A stretch of 64,000 nucleotides of DNA from Octopus sinensis (lineage: Eukaryota). The translations under genes were made by a program, and so were the position numbers. Shown in pieces: positions 22,083 through 35,655 of the stretch (positions within the stretch are counted from its first letter, which is position 1; each line of letters starts with the position of its first letter). Where the stretch lies: positions 1,054,001-1,118,000 of the forward strand of contig NC_043020.1 in NCBI RefSeq assembly GCF_006345805.1, written 5' to 3'. The notes beneath the pieces are model-generated. The model saw only the letters and a program-made list of their open reading frames with translations, searched no databases and was not told where the DNA came from.

Positions 22083-22525
22083 CCATACTTTTAGGTCCAA
22101 CATCACTGCCTCGAGGTCCTGGATACATTTCAGGCCAGTGTCTGCAATCAAGTTGTCGATGTAAGTGTGACAATGTTTTACTCTTCTTATATCACCAGGA
22201 AGTGGATTCCTCGGGGCTAATTTGGATGGTTCCAGCCCAGGTTGGCGCTCGTAGGGACCTGACAGTCGCAGCCGTCTTTGCCTGATCTTCTCACTCACTT
22301 TCGACAGGCATTTGTTTGTTAGGTCTTGGCTATCAGGTGTATCATAGAATGAGTTAAATCAAGACAGCTACCTACCATTATAATTTTCGTGAACTTCAGA
22401 AAAGCGCTTGACAGCATTCCTCGTAAGAAAATGGTGAAGATCCTTCGAGCATATGACATCCGAGAAGAACTGGTTTTTGTCAGTGCAAAGACCTACCACA
22501 AGGTCAGAGCTTGTGTGTTGTCAGC
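22083..22525. mobile_element. RTE-type LINE remnant with two oppositely oriented halves
   Basis: Minus 22083-22330 reads EKIRQRRLRL...TYIDNLIADTGL..DLEAVMLDLKVWR (ORF C-terminus); plus 22360-22525 reads IFVNFRKALDSIPRKKMVKILRAYDI (RT motif F.DF.KAFDS). Confidence 0.8.
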
Positions 22526-22592
22526 TTCTGAGCTTCATTGACAAAACGTTCCTTAAGCTGGATAGAAAAGCAGAACGTATCCTTAATAAAAG
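22525..22592 (+). CDS. Candidate small exon (LLSFIDKTFLKLDRKAERILNK), gene unknown
   Basis: TCAG| and AAG|GTAAGT consensus donor; only one open frame; the acceptor derives from the LINE fragment. Confidence 0.18.
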
Positions 22593-22913
22593 GTAAGTGT
22601 AGGCTTCTTGTATGGATAGCAAGGCGCACATTAACACGATGGAAATTAAGAGAAATACAAATATAGTTTTGTCAGATAAATTTGTTCGTTTTTGTTTTTC
22701 CTTTCCTGTCATTTTAATAATTTCCAACATTATTTATTGTAGTGTTTATGATCTTTTTGTTTCTCCATTCATCCGCTGCAACTTTTGGGTATTTTTTTTA
22801 AATTTGCATAAAGGTGGAGGCCCCAGCAGAAAGAAAACCAAACGAATTCTCCTGACAACTCAATATATTGTTCAAACCTGCAGATGCAGATATATATATA
22901 CCCTGACGAAATA

Positions 22914-23808
22914 CGAAGGGGTGCCCAAAATTAAACGGAAACGTTTTCTGTGCGACAAGCCCGTTGTAGTTCAGGATTCCGCCGCTAGAGTCCACTTGAC
23001 ATGACCCTCAGGCATCATTCTGCCGACCGGCGTTGTCCGGTCTAGTTGTACTGTCACGTGGTGCGTCTTTGTTTTGCAGTACTTCCCTGTTCGTCGATTT
23101 TTGTGATGGCTTAAACAAAGGAACGGCGTGCTTCCGTGAAATACTAATTTCTGCTGAGGAAAACGGCGGCTGAAACAGTTGTCAAGCTTCAAACAGCTTA
23201 CAAGGACGTTGCTACGAGCAAAACACAAGTTTACGAGTGGTTTCGACGCTTTAGGAAATGGTCACTTGCCGCTTGAAGACCAGTCTTGTTCAGGGCGACC
23301 GTCGACCAAGCGAACGAATGAAAACATCAAGAAAATTAATGAACCGATCTTGGAGGGCCATCACTGAACAATTAACAAACTTGTTGATATGACTGCTGTG
23401 TCCTGGAACTCATGCCAACGAATTTTCAGTGAGGAATTGCAAACGAAAAGAGTTGCAGCAAAATGTGTGATTCGCTTGCTCACGGAAGATCAAAAGCAAT
23501 CACGACTGAATGGATGTCATGAACTGAAGGAACAGTTGGAAGTTGATTCGGATCTTGGAAGATGATCCGAAGGTCATCACTGGTGACGAAATTTGGTGCT
23601 ACGGAATTTGCAGATGTGGAAGAGGTGAAGAAAAGAACGACGGAGGCGTTGAAAAGTATCAGTTCGCAAAAGTTCCAACACTGCTTCGAACTTTGGAAAA
23701 CGCGTCTGGATCGATGCGTTGCTTCAAATGGGGAATACTTTGAAACATCTAAAACTAAGTGAATAAAATAATATTGCAAAATTCCTGTTTCTTTTGGGTA
23801 CACCCTCG
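22914..23808 (+). mobile_element. Mariner family M2 with degraded, internally deleted transposase
   Basis: TA-flanked imperfect TIRs CGAAGGGGTGCCCAAAA / TTTTGGGTACACCCTCG; QVYEWFRRF, SGRPST, KVITGDEIWCYG (first catalytic D), RLDRCVASNGEYFE. Confidence 0.92.
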
Positions 23809-24469
23809 TATACAGATGCTTGATTACCCTAATTATGATTATGCAACTGGCATCATACATTCTGCATGCAGCTGTATAGGGTAGCTCATTATAGCAAAGA
23901 CCTATCCATGCTAAGAAGCTGGATTGAGATCTTTGTGTTTGCTGATATCTGATCATAGGATGTTTGAGAGTAACGCGCATTAAGAGGCTTTATTCCCGAG
24001 AGAGATAACCACTGTAGCCATTAGGGAATGAGTAGCTAGTACGAAAACGCCCTGCAAATATATAAGGTACGGCATCTTCTGTTGGATCAAATACCAGTTC
24101 AATATCAACTAAATTCAAGTACAAATTTCCTTTGTGGCGGAAAAGGACAAGTTAGGTAAAAACAAACTTGTGGGGTAAAAAGGACAACAAGAGTCGATCA
24201 TACGCAAAATCAATAGACAAGACTTGGCAAGTTTGCATTTACCAATTGGTGTAGAGAAAAACTGAACAAAATAAAATTGCATCAAATGAGTGAGGAACGA
24301 AAGTGGCAGAGCATTAGTGTTACTCCTAATGGTGATACAACTTCCCAAACAACACTATGTTCTGCTGTGACATCGTGGTACTGTGACCTAGAGTCACCAA
24401 ACTACCGTGTGCTTAGTTGGAGTGAGCACATTCTGTTGACCTCACACTATATAATGAAGAAGCGTCGAA

Positions 24470-24548
24470 ATGGATTCAGCTTTGGCTGAACAAAATTTAA
24501 CTGATAGTGAATTGAATTCGGCGATAAGAAAAGTTTTCTACTATAAAG
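24470..24548 (+). CDS. Candidate first coding exon MDSALAEQNLTDSELNSAIRKVFYYK(G), gene unknown
   Basis: GAAATGG start context, in-frame stop upstream, donor AAG|GTAAAT, phase 1; no homology recognised. Confidence 0.25.
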
Positions 24549-25826
24549 GTAAATGCTGTGTGCGATGGATGTAGTGTTTAAGTATTATATTGTGATACAG
24601 GGTTCTATTGTGTAAAGTTTAATTTAGGAAAATATACCGTCAAAGGTAAATATAGAATAACAGAGCATTGTACAGGTGAATTAATGATTGTTTCTGAAGA
24701 AAAAGCATTCGAGATCTCCGCTGGGAAGTTGCTATGATATCCATTATCATATTTGAACATGATTTCACGATAGCAATGGAAAGAAGCATGCTTCAGCAGA
24801 AAGATAATTCGGACCTCTGAGCATTAAAATATAGAGGTTATATTTCCACGAATAGCAGAGAGCCGATGGATTCTTCAATAGAAATCCCCCAATAGCTCTC
24901 GTGTCCCTTTAATATTAATGATATTATTGTATCTTCTTCACAAATCTATTCCCTAAACAATACCCATATTCGCATTATTGACGATAGCTCCTGGTAAATA
25001 TGTACGAACAATGGAACTTGTTTGCAAAAGTCGCAACATTAATTCTATAAACATTACACATTTTTTCCAAAAGAGAATTGTGTTGAAACGTATATTAAAT
25101 ATTTGATGCTTGAAGAAGCTATTATGAAATTAGAAACGAGTAACAATTTGGAGGGGTCCTATATTATTTGTTTATTTATATATTTATTTAGTTTTTGATC
25201 TCCTCAGAGTATTCACGTGATGCAACAACAAATGAAAGCTACGGCTTCCAGCGACATTTTCAATATCCATAAGATGATAAATGCCGAATAAGCATGTTAT
25301 ATAACTCTTAGTACATTTACACATGAAAGCAAGAAACATGTAGCCTCATTCGTTCAAACACACATGGATACATGCATAGAAATACACATAATACATATAT
25401 ATGTAAATACATATATATGTAAATATGTACACACACACACATAGACATATTTACATATATATATATGCATATATATACATATATACACACACATATATAT
25501 ATATAAATACACATATATATATACATATATATACATGCATATCTATATACATATATATATATATATACATATAGATATATACATATATGTATGAATATAT
25601 ATATACATATTATATATAATAAATTTTTGCATATGTATACACATACACAGACTTATATATACGCACACAAACACACAGAGATAGATGTACACACACACAC
25701 ACACATATATATATATGTATATACATATATATATATTTACATATATATACATACAAGCATACATATATACACAAACAACATACACACAGACACATACATT
25801 TATACATACATACATACATACATACA

Positions 25827-25858
<32 letters not shown>

Positions 25859-26164
25859 CACATACATATACACAGACACATACACATATACATATATAGG
25901 TACATACATACAAACATGCAAAACATACGTGGCGAGAGAGTGTGTATGTGTGTCCGCGCATGCGTTCCATTCAATACAGATGCATTTTATTGCATCGCTG
26001 GAGATCTTTCATATTTAGTAGGGGTGGGGGTGGGGTGGGTACACACTTCAACATCCATCTAAGTTCATTAGTAAGGTGTAATGCTTCTCAATCCAATGCT
26101 TATGAAACCACAAACAGAGAAGTCGTGTATTTAGACTATGGACAGCTTAACAATCACCTCCTCT

Positions 26165-26412
26165 CTTTCCATCAACAACAACAGCAACAACAACAGCAAT
26201 AATAATAATAATAAAAATAATAATAATAATAGTAATAATGATAATAATGATAATAATGATAATAATGATAATAATAATAATGATGATGATGATGATGATA
26301 ATAATAATAATAATAATGATAATAATAATAATAATAATAATAATAATAGTAATAATAATAATAATAGTAGTAGTAGTAGTAGTAATAATAATAATAATAA
26401 AAATAATAATAA

Positions 26413-26465
<53 letters not shown>

Positions 26466-26528
26466 ATTATGATGATAATAATAATAATAATAATAATAAT
26501 GATAATAATAATAATAATAATGATAATA

Positions 26529-26559
<31 letters not shown>

Positions 26560-26589
26560 TAATGATATAATAACAATAATAATAACAAC

Positions 26590-26658
<69 letters not shown>

Positions 26659-26725
26659 TATAATGATAATAATAATGATAATAATAATAATGATAATAAT
26701 AATAATGATAATAATAATGATAATA

Positions 26726-26756
<31 letters not shown>

Positions 26757-26759
26757 TAG

Positions 26760-26790
<31 letters not shown>
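26165..26790. repeat. (AAT)n array with GAT/AGT variants
   Basis: Direct reading. Confidence 0.97.
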
Positions 26791-26794
<4 letters not shown>

Positions 26795-27137
26795 GAAAGA
26801 AGAGGCCACTGTAAGGATTTTCGGCTTCGCTCACATCTCGAATCAACTGTTCACATATAAATAGTGAAGTGTTGTATGGAAAATCGATTTCCTTTCCATT
26901 CTCTTCTTCAGTCGATTACTTATTTATTTATTTGTTTATTTATCTCTTTTATTTATTTATTTTGTTTTGGGCAGAGAGTGGTGTGTTGTGGTGGTGGTGG
27001 TAGTGATGGTAGCATTGGCGGTAGTGGTGGTGGTAGTTGTTGTTTGCGGTGGTGCGATTCTGTGGTGGTATCATTAAATGGTGTGTATAGACATAAAGGT
27101 TAACTTCGCTTACATGAAAGCAAATTGCTAGTTCGTA

Positions 27138-27178
<41 letters not shown>

Positions 27179-27318
27179 ACGTGCATGCGTGTGTGTGTGA
27201 GTATTTATACATATATACATATCCATATATATGTATGTATTTATATATACATCGGCATATCTATATGAAATATATATATGTATATATAATTTATATATAT
27301 ATATATATATACATGCGA

Positions 27319-27378
<60 letters not shown>

Positions 27379-27526
27379 CATACGTACATACATATATGTG
27401 TGTATTGACAAAGATGAGAAATATATCTAATATGCACGCACATATATAGATATATGTACATATACGCATGCAAATATGTATGTATATAAAAAGTGATATG
27501 TGTACATATACACACATACGCATATA

Positions 27527-27569
<43 letters not shown>

Positions 27570-27617
27570 TATGTATATATATGTATATATATACATATGT
27601 ACAAAACATAACTCCAC

Positions 27618-27687
<70 letters not shown>

Positions 27688-28229
27688 ATATAGATATATA
27701 CATATATACGTTTGTACGTACGCATGTATATGTGTGTACGTATACAATTACTACACACTCACACATACACAGCCACACAGACAAATGCACCCACATACAC
27801 AGAACATCGTGCCATTACTAAAACAGTATCATTTATCATCAATACGCAGTGATGACGCTCATGGCGGTTTTGCAAGACAAGTGTTCCATAGTTGCGAAAT
27901 AATGTATCAAAGTGGATTATGGTGGATTATTGAGAGATGATTGTGTACCCAGAGGAATCATTTTGGCATCAATTCTACCTGTAAATTCCTAATATATTTC
28001 CTTTCGTATTTATTTCTTGCAATACTCTATACAGTTGCTTGTCTTTATTTCCTGTGCTTCGGAATACCTTTCTCTCTTTCCTACGTCGGCCTGCATATAT
28101 ATATATGTGTATGTGTGTATATATATATATGGCTATATACATATATATATATATATATGTATATGTATATATATGTGTATGTATATGTATGTATATATAT
28201 ATGCATGTATATATATATGCATATATATG

Positions 28230-28261
<32 letters not shown>

Positions 28262-28367
28262 TATGCGGTGTGTATGTACATGTGTATATATATTTAGATA
28301 TATGTTTGGTATATGCATGTCTATCTCTCTCTCTATATATTTATATATGTTATATATTATAATCATC

Positions 28368-28410
<43 letters not shown>

Positions 28411-28435
28411 TATAGAGATAGATAGATAGATAGAG

Positions 28436-28476
<41 letters not shown>

Positions 28477-28671
28477 TGTATGTATATATATATATAAATG
28501 CATACACATATATATACGAACGTATATTACTTAACTTTGGAGGAATGCGAGAAAACCCATCCACTTCAATATGCATATATATGTGTGTGTATGTGCATAT
28601 ATATATATGCTCACAATCACACATACGTACGTACATAAGTATGTGAGCGTATGTGTGCACGTGCGTATATA

Positions 28672-28713
<42 letters not shown>

Positions 28714-29361
28714 TGTCTGTCTGTGTGATTGTGTGTGCGTTTGTGTGTGTAAATCTGAGTGTGTATACACTCAGAGAAGCAGAGGGAAAAGGTAGCATGT
28801 ATATGACTGTTATATATACGATATACATCCAAATTCCTGCCTTCTTCCGGCTGACGAGGCATCGCAATTCACCTCCATGAGAGCAGTGCGTGCAGAGAAG
28901 CGCCTTTTGTGTTGAAGAAATATTCATTCATATAAACATATATGCATACAAACGTAAATATATAGGAATGTGTATATATATATATATATGCATATATATG
29001 TATATATGTGTATGTATATATGCAAAGACACATATGTATATATGTACATATATATATATATATAGTTACTTATATATATGTGTATCTATCTATATATATG
29101 TGTGTGTTTGTATAGATACATATATAAATAATTATGTATGTATGTATGTAAGTATGTACTTGGAAAGGATTAAGTTTTTATACAGTTAACCTCATTGCAT
29201 TAACATCTGTTACAGCAGGCTTTGTTCAATGCGATCGTACGTAAATATTTTGTTTGAAGTTCATTTTTCAGCTGTACTGAGCAAGACATACATGCATACG
29301 CATACACTTATGTGTGTGTGTGTGTGTATGTGGTACGAGTGTGTGTTTCTGTGTTGATCTC

Positions 29362-29402
<41 letters not shown>

Positions 29403-30169
29403 AGAGAGAGGAGAGAGAGAGAGAGAGAGAGAGCACAATTTAGGTTAGTTGAAATACGTTTGTCACATACTTCAACTGCTAAAGGCAAATACACTGCAGT
29501 TAGAAAGAATTTCATCGATGTTTCGAGTCTTTTGACGCTTGTCAATGTGATGTGTCTAAGAGAGACAACTCTGAACAAATTTAATAAAGTTTGCTGCTTT
29601 ATATATAATTCAGTTAACACGTTGACAGATTTGCGCTAGTAGATCGCCTGATCGATATAAATATTTCAACTAACCAAAATTATCTCATACCTAAACACTG
29701 CTTTGCACCAGTGCTTCGTTATTTTTCTCGATCGGACGATCTTATAGTGTAAATCAGTCAACGTGATGACTGAAAGTATATATAAAGCTACAAGCATTAA
29801 TTGGTTCGTGGAGAGTTGCCTCTGTTTGGTACGTCTCATTTACAAGAGTACAAAACACCCCTCGAAACATCGATGTCTGAGATTCCTAACAGATGGCGAC
29901 ACTGAACGAACTGTTTTTTCACACCCTTTTACCATAAGAGAGAATTTTACTCCACGACAACCGCAGTGCACTGGTCTTTTAGCAGTTGAAATATGTGACA
30001 AACATATTTCAACTAACTTAAACTCATCTCAAATCTAAACACTACTTTGCGCCAACGTTTAGTTATATATATATATGTATATATATATTATATATATGTA
30101 TATATATATTATATATATATATTATATATATATTATATATATATATATTATATATATATATATATATAA

Positions 30170-30380
30170 CGGGGGAAGCTTTATTAATATAGACAAAAGA
30201 CGAAGGCAGGTGGGAAACAAGCGAACAATTGTATTAGTATGGCGCTCCGGAAATATAAATAAAACAAGTCTTTAACGTTTCGAGCCTACGCTCTTCAACA
30301 GAAAGATACACAGAGAGAAAAAAAAACACAGAAAAAGAAGGAGAGAAAAGAAATGCGTGCAGTAGCTAACGAATAACATA
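30170..30380 (-). mobile_element. Dispersed repeat with hammerhead-like motif (Penelope pLTR-like), copy 1
   Basis: Shares GTATTA..GCGCTC.GG and TTTAACGTTTCGAGC with 53100-53275 and 63530-63660. Confidence 0.55.
30269..30306 (-). ncRNA. Minimal type I hammerhead-like motif
   Basis: UCUUU-CUGUUGA-A-GAGC(GUAG)GCUC-GAAAC-GUU-AAAGA; core deviates at A6 and has one extra A. Confidence 0.4.
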
Positions 30381-30395
30381 TAAAATATATAGTAG

Positions 30396-30430
<35 letters not shown>

Positions 30431-30465
30431 ATATATATGCATGTGTATATGAGTTTATATATATA

Positions 30466-31721
30466 CAGGGTACGATGGGTGAAATTTTCGTTATTCTATA
30501 GTTTTATTTTCGCGCATGCACTTTGTCTTTTTATTTTTATTTTGTCGACTACACAGTATAGCAGGTTCAGTTGGGCACCGTCTGAGAGAAAGACAACATC
30601 AATTCGTTCCGCCAGAAATTTGGAATCTACATTCTGTGTTGCTTGGCATTCTCACCGGAATCTCTATTACGAACATTTCAGAGTGTTTGGGTGTCAATTG
30701 GAGGACTTTGCAGAGAATTCGGAAAGAGGTCGGTGAGTATAATAGTAATTATGAAAGTAGGATAGCTCAGAAGACTCACTCTGATTGGTCTGATAAGAAA
30801 AGAACAGCTGAATTTGTTGGTGAAATACAGGGCATGATTGACAACGATCCTTCCAAGTCAATCAGGTCCACCACCAAGGAGATGGGAGTGTCTAAACTTC
30901 TTATCAAGCAAGTAGTGCATGGAGACATTCGAGATTCCTATTCCTCATACAAGATGAGAGAGGGCCAATTTTTATCCAAAACCATCAAGGACCAGACGAA
31001 AGACCGCGCTACGAAGGTTTTCAACAAACTCAAGCATCCTCTCCAACCGACCATGCGTTGGTTCTTCTCAGATGGTGAACACAAAGAGAAACCGTTGGCT
31101 TGTAGTGTCCCCAAAACATGTACCGAGATTGATAAAAATCAAATATCGAGTCAACATCATTGTATCTGGAATGATCACTAGTGATGGCGACGTTATGCCT
31201 CCATTCATTTTCCCACACAGCCTCACATACAACACGGAAGCCTATATCAAGTACTTGGGTGAGGTAGTGCTGCTCTCGGCGAAGAGGGTGGCTGCAGGAA
31301 GACTCTATCTCTGGCAACAGGATGCTATCCCATGCCACACAAGCAGGAAAACCCAGTCATGGCTGTCAGACAATTTCTGCGACCACATCACCCATCTGGC
31401 TACCTATCTCCCAAGACTGCAACCCCCTTCATAATTAAATGTGGGGCGCAGTTGAGCGAGCGACCAACAAAACTTCTTGTAACACCAAAGATGAAGTGAA
31501 GGCATTGGCCAACTTAAACAATGAGAGCGTTCAGAAGATTTGCAGAAGTTTCCGATGTCGTCTGCAGGCCGTGGTAGAAGCTGATGGTGATTTTATTGAA
31601 TGTATTTACTCATTGATATTTCAAGATATTTCTAGGTAATTTTGGTAAATCTGTTAAAATGATATATAATGTTCTTTTCAATTTTTTATGATATAGGCGA
31701 CAATTTGTTCACCGCACCTTG
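30466..31721 (+). mobile_element. Tc1/mariner superfamily element, DD37D/maT-like, near full length, degraded
   Basis: TA-flanked imperfect TIRs CAGGGTACG.. / ..CGCACCTTG; HTH region, WFFSD (D1), WQQDAIPCH (D2), disrupted WPP.SPDCNPL region, RLQAVVEADGDFIE; catalytic spacing not directly countable because of a small deletion. Confidence 0.85.
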
Positions 31722-31869
31722 TAATTGTGTGTGCATGCGTGCGTATATATATATATATATATAGTGGGCACTATTCCCAAGAAATTATTATAGATATGTA
31801 GTTAATATGATGTCATATGAAGTAGTTGAGATGTTAGATTTGAAGCTAGACTCACACACACTTATGTGT

Positions 31870-31875
31870 GTATGA

Positions 31876-31908
<33 letters not shown>

Positions 31909-32100
31909 TGTATGTATGTATGTATGTATGTATGTATGTATTTATGTATGTATGTATGTATGTATTTATGTATGTATTTATGTATGTATGCATGTATGTA
32001 TGTATGTATGTATGTATTTATGTATATATTTATGTATGTATGTATGCATGTATGTATATATGTATGTATGCATTTATGCACGTATGCATGTATGTATATA
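31870..32100. repeat. (TATG)n microsatellite
   Basis: Direct reading. Confidence 0.95.
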
Positions 32101-32369
32101 CAAGCGCACACACAAAGATAGGAGTGAGAGAAGAAGGAAGAGAGAGAGAAAGGAAGGAAGAGAGAGAGAGAGAGAGAGACAGTAAAATTGAGAAATATGC
32201 TGATCATAAATTAGTATTGGCCGATTATGTAGACACATGCGATTTGTTCCCACCCGGATTTACTTTAAAATAAAAATTAAACTGTCGGAGTTTAATGACC
32301 TCTTATTAATTGGGCTCTTAATTACCGTAGATTTATTCTTTGATGTTTATACCACTATTCTCTACATGA

Positions 32370-32423
<54 letters not shown>

Positions 32424-32689
32424 CTATGTGAGGGTATGTATGCGCCAGTGTTGGTGGTGTGTGTGTGATTTTATATGATGTATTTATGTATAAACACACG
32501 TTTATATGTAGAATATATATATATATATTATATATATATATATGTTTAATAAATGCGAAAACTAATTTCTGTGTATCAGTGTGTCACACTTAGAACCCCT
32601 CACTTACTAGTCAATGTCACTCCCGCTATTCTTCATGATGGGGTGAGAGTAATAGTGGGCATAGAGACAGTGAAGGTGGTGGCGAAGAC

Positions 32690-32724
<35 letters not shown>

Positions 32725-33325
32725 AAAGGAAATGGAGAGAAAGAGAGGCAAATATATTTAGGGAGCATTGTTGATGTTTTATAAAATGTAGTAGTATTGA
32801 TGGTGGCAGTGGGAGTAATAATAAACGAGAAGGAAAGTATCGGTATATGAGAGAAAGAGGGTGATGATGTATAACTTTGTTTAACCAAGTCTCTTTGATA
32901 GAAATTCCTGTCGCCAACATACTGAATATTAACATTTTTGTTTATTTTTAGGGAGAATTTAGGGAGAGTTGATGATATTTTATTCAATTTGACGTACAGA
33001 TTATTTAATTATTTTTTTAAACTAAACTCTTTGAAAATTCCGATACTGGTACAACGTGTCACATACAACAGGGTCTACTCTTAACGTTTTCGACAAAATT
33101 TTGTATTTTAGAAGTTATTTCGTCACAAGTTACAGACTGACAATGGAAAAATTCGTGTTTGATAAGTTCCAATACACGAAACTCTCAGCTTTTGATTTAC
33201 TCTCTAACTTCTGCCGATGATATGCATGCATATTTTGCATATATGTTCAAGGTAGAATCTTAAATTATTGACACATTATTAATTATCTTATAACAGCAAT
33301 GCCTGGGAAAACCATGGATGACATC

Positions 33326-33825
33326 GAAAAATACGAGCATGAAAAGTAATATTTTTAAGATTATAGACCTAGAAAAGTACAGGACAAGTTATTACACCTG
33401 TAAAATTATAGGACAATCTATTACTTCAAGTAAAATAAAGAATAAGAAACTTTTTACTTAAAATATTGCAGCTAAAATTAACATTTGAATATTAAAAATA
33501 TTTTATTATAGTTTACAAAGAACACTATATTTATTTAAGTAGAATTTGGCTAATTTACTGTCTTAAATACAGAAAAAAGGTGATTAATTAGACTAACTTA
33601 TAAATTAACTGAAAATCTTTTATACAACAAATTTAAAAGGTGAGAAATGTAAAGAGTGATAAATTAGAAGAACTGGCATTCTTTGCTGCAATATTTTAAG
33701 TAATAAGTTTCTTATTCTTTTCTTGAAGTAATAGTTTGTCTTATACTTTTACAGGTGTAATAACTTGTCCTGTACTTTTCCATGTTTATAATCTAAAGAA
33801 TATTACTTTCCATGCTCGCATTTTT
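33326..33825. mobile_element. Foldback/MITE-like element with ~145-bp inverted arms
   Basis: 33326-33472 matches the reverse complement of 33685-33825 (e.g. GAAAAGTACAGGACAAGTTATTACACCTGTAAAA). Confidence 0.8.
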
Positions 33826-34264
33826 CCAAGTATAATAATTTAGGGCAAAGTAAATTTGAAGTGTTACATCTGTTTCTGAGATATCCCAAGTGATAAGCTA
33901 GCATGTCTGTACACTGGGTATTCCGTAATCAGAGATATGGCCAGTGTGTATGAAAGTTTCAGACAGGGAAATTCGCAGTTTATAAGGAATAAAATAGACG
34001 AATCAAGAGAAGTAGACTGAAGAATGCAGACAGGAAAATAAAAGTCCACAGTTCATCTCTTTCCAGAGTGTATGGAGGTTGGTCCGTACTGCTGTGAAGG
34101 ATTAGGCCTTTAGGTATAATCCCAAGGAAATCCAGACAGTATTTTGAATGATGCGTTCATGTTGAAGCAATGTATTAGGTGGGTGTATATACAGTGAGAA
34201 AGATAGATATCAAGATAGACATAAGTGGGTTGTGAGTGAGTAGAGAGGAGAAAGAGTACACTGC

Positions 34265-34448
34265 TTGACCAGCATTGTAGGTTTGTTTACGTCCCCACAA
34301 CTAAGCGGTTCAGCAAGGTAAATCAGTTCGCTAGAATAGGTATCAAGCCTAAAAATAATAGTACTGTCGGCTTGTACGACTGAACCCTTCAGCTTGTTGC
34401 TCCAGCATGGCTGGAGTCCAAAGACCGAGACAAGTAAAGAGTAAAAGG
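34265..34448 (+). mobile_element. Diverged SINE family A 3' half
   Basis: TTTACGTCCCC..AAGCGGTTC..CTCCAGCATGGC..CAAGTAAAGAGTAAAAG. Confidence 0.65.
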
Positions 34449-34834
34449 TGCTAAGAATTATTCATTGTTATATTAAACAATGGAAATTATTCCCAGAGAG
34501 AGGGAGGGGAGAGAGAGAGAGAGTCAGGCAAGAGATAATGTCTTAGTTTAACGATTTAGCATCTAGATTAATGAGATAGTAATTCTATATAACTAATTAT
34601 TTTGTTCACGCTAATGAAAACATGTCACTCAAAGTACAATGAACCTTAACACCTTGAGACTGCCATATGTTTCAAGATTGACACCAATTTAGCTCTGTTA
34701 CAACTTATATTGATATAATTTAAATTAAACGTATTTCACAGCTTGTGATTAGAAAATCTTTGGTTATTCATTAAAACGATATAAGAGCAACATTCTCCAC
34801 AAAAATTTCTTTTAAAATTTGGTATCAGAAAAAA

Positions 34835-35250
34835 GGCGCAGGAGTGGCTGTGTGGTAAGTAGCTTGCTAACCAACCACATGGTTCCGGGTTCAGTCCCAC
34901 TGCGTGGCATCTTGGGCAAGTGTCTTCTACTATAGCCCCGGGCCGACCAATGCCTTGTGAGTGGATTTGGTAGACGGAACTGAAAGAAGCCTGTCGTATA
35001 TATGTATATATATAATGTGTGGTTTGTGTGTCTGTGTTTGTTCCCCTAGCATTGCTTGACAACCGATGCTGGTGCGTTTACGTCCCCGTTACTTAGCGGT
35101 TCGGCATAAGAGACCGATAGAATAAGTACTGGGCTTACAAAAAGAATAAGTCCCGGGGTGAGTTGCTCGACTAAAGGCGGTGCTCCAGCATGGCCGCAGT
35201 AAAATGACTGAAACAAGTAAATGAGTAAATGAGAAATGAGAATGAGAATG
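34835..35250 (+). mobile_element. SINE family A, full length
   Basis: GGCGCAGGAGTGGCTGTGTGG head, B box, GAGTAAAT/GAGAAT tail. Confidence 0.93.
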
Positions 35251-35446
35251 TTCTGTTTTATTTCTTTTATCTTTTTTTCCCTTGTTTCAGTTACTGGACT
35301 GCGGCCAGGCTGGGTCACCGCCTAAAAGAGCTAAGTAGAGGAAAATGACTACGAAATTTTGATTAACACTGACTGCGTGATTAAATTCCATGGGTATTTC
35401 CATAATTATGTTAATTATCCGGCAGAGAGAATAAAAAAAAAAAAAA

Positions 35447-35655
35447 AGGGCGCACTTGCTAACAGAATCGTAGACATTCCGAATCAAATACTTAGCGGCA
35501 TTTCTTCTGACTTTACGTTCTGAGATCAAATTCCACTGAGGTCAACTCATTTTTCTTTTCTCCCTTCGAGGTCGATAAAATGAATACCTGTTCAGAACTG
35601 CGCTTGATGCAATTGATTTCCTTATCCTTTCAAAATTGCTGGTCTTGTGTAAGAG
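35447..35655 (+). mobile_element. Diverged SINE family B
   Basis: CTTAGCGGCATTTC..TACGTTCTGAGATCAAATTCC..GAGGTCGATAAAAT. Confidence 0.6.

Noticed and set aside
21351-22592. Joining candidate exons 21351-21420 and 22525-22592
   Set aside because: Phases are incompatible (1 vs 0) in their only open frames.
26070-26202. Possible terminal exon ending in poly-Q
   Set aside because: The poly-Q is the CAA edge of the (AAT)n array and there is no convincing acceptor.
28851-28857. CTGACGA hammerhead half-core
   Set aside because: No stem II followed by GAAA downstream.
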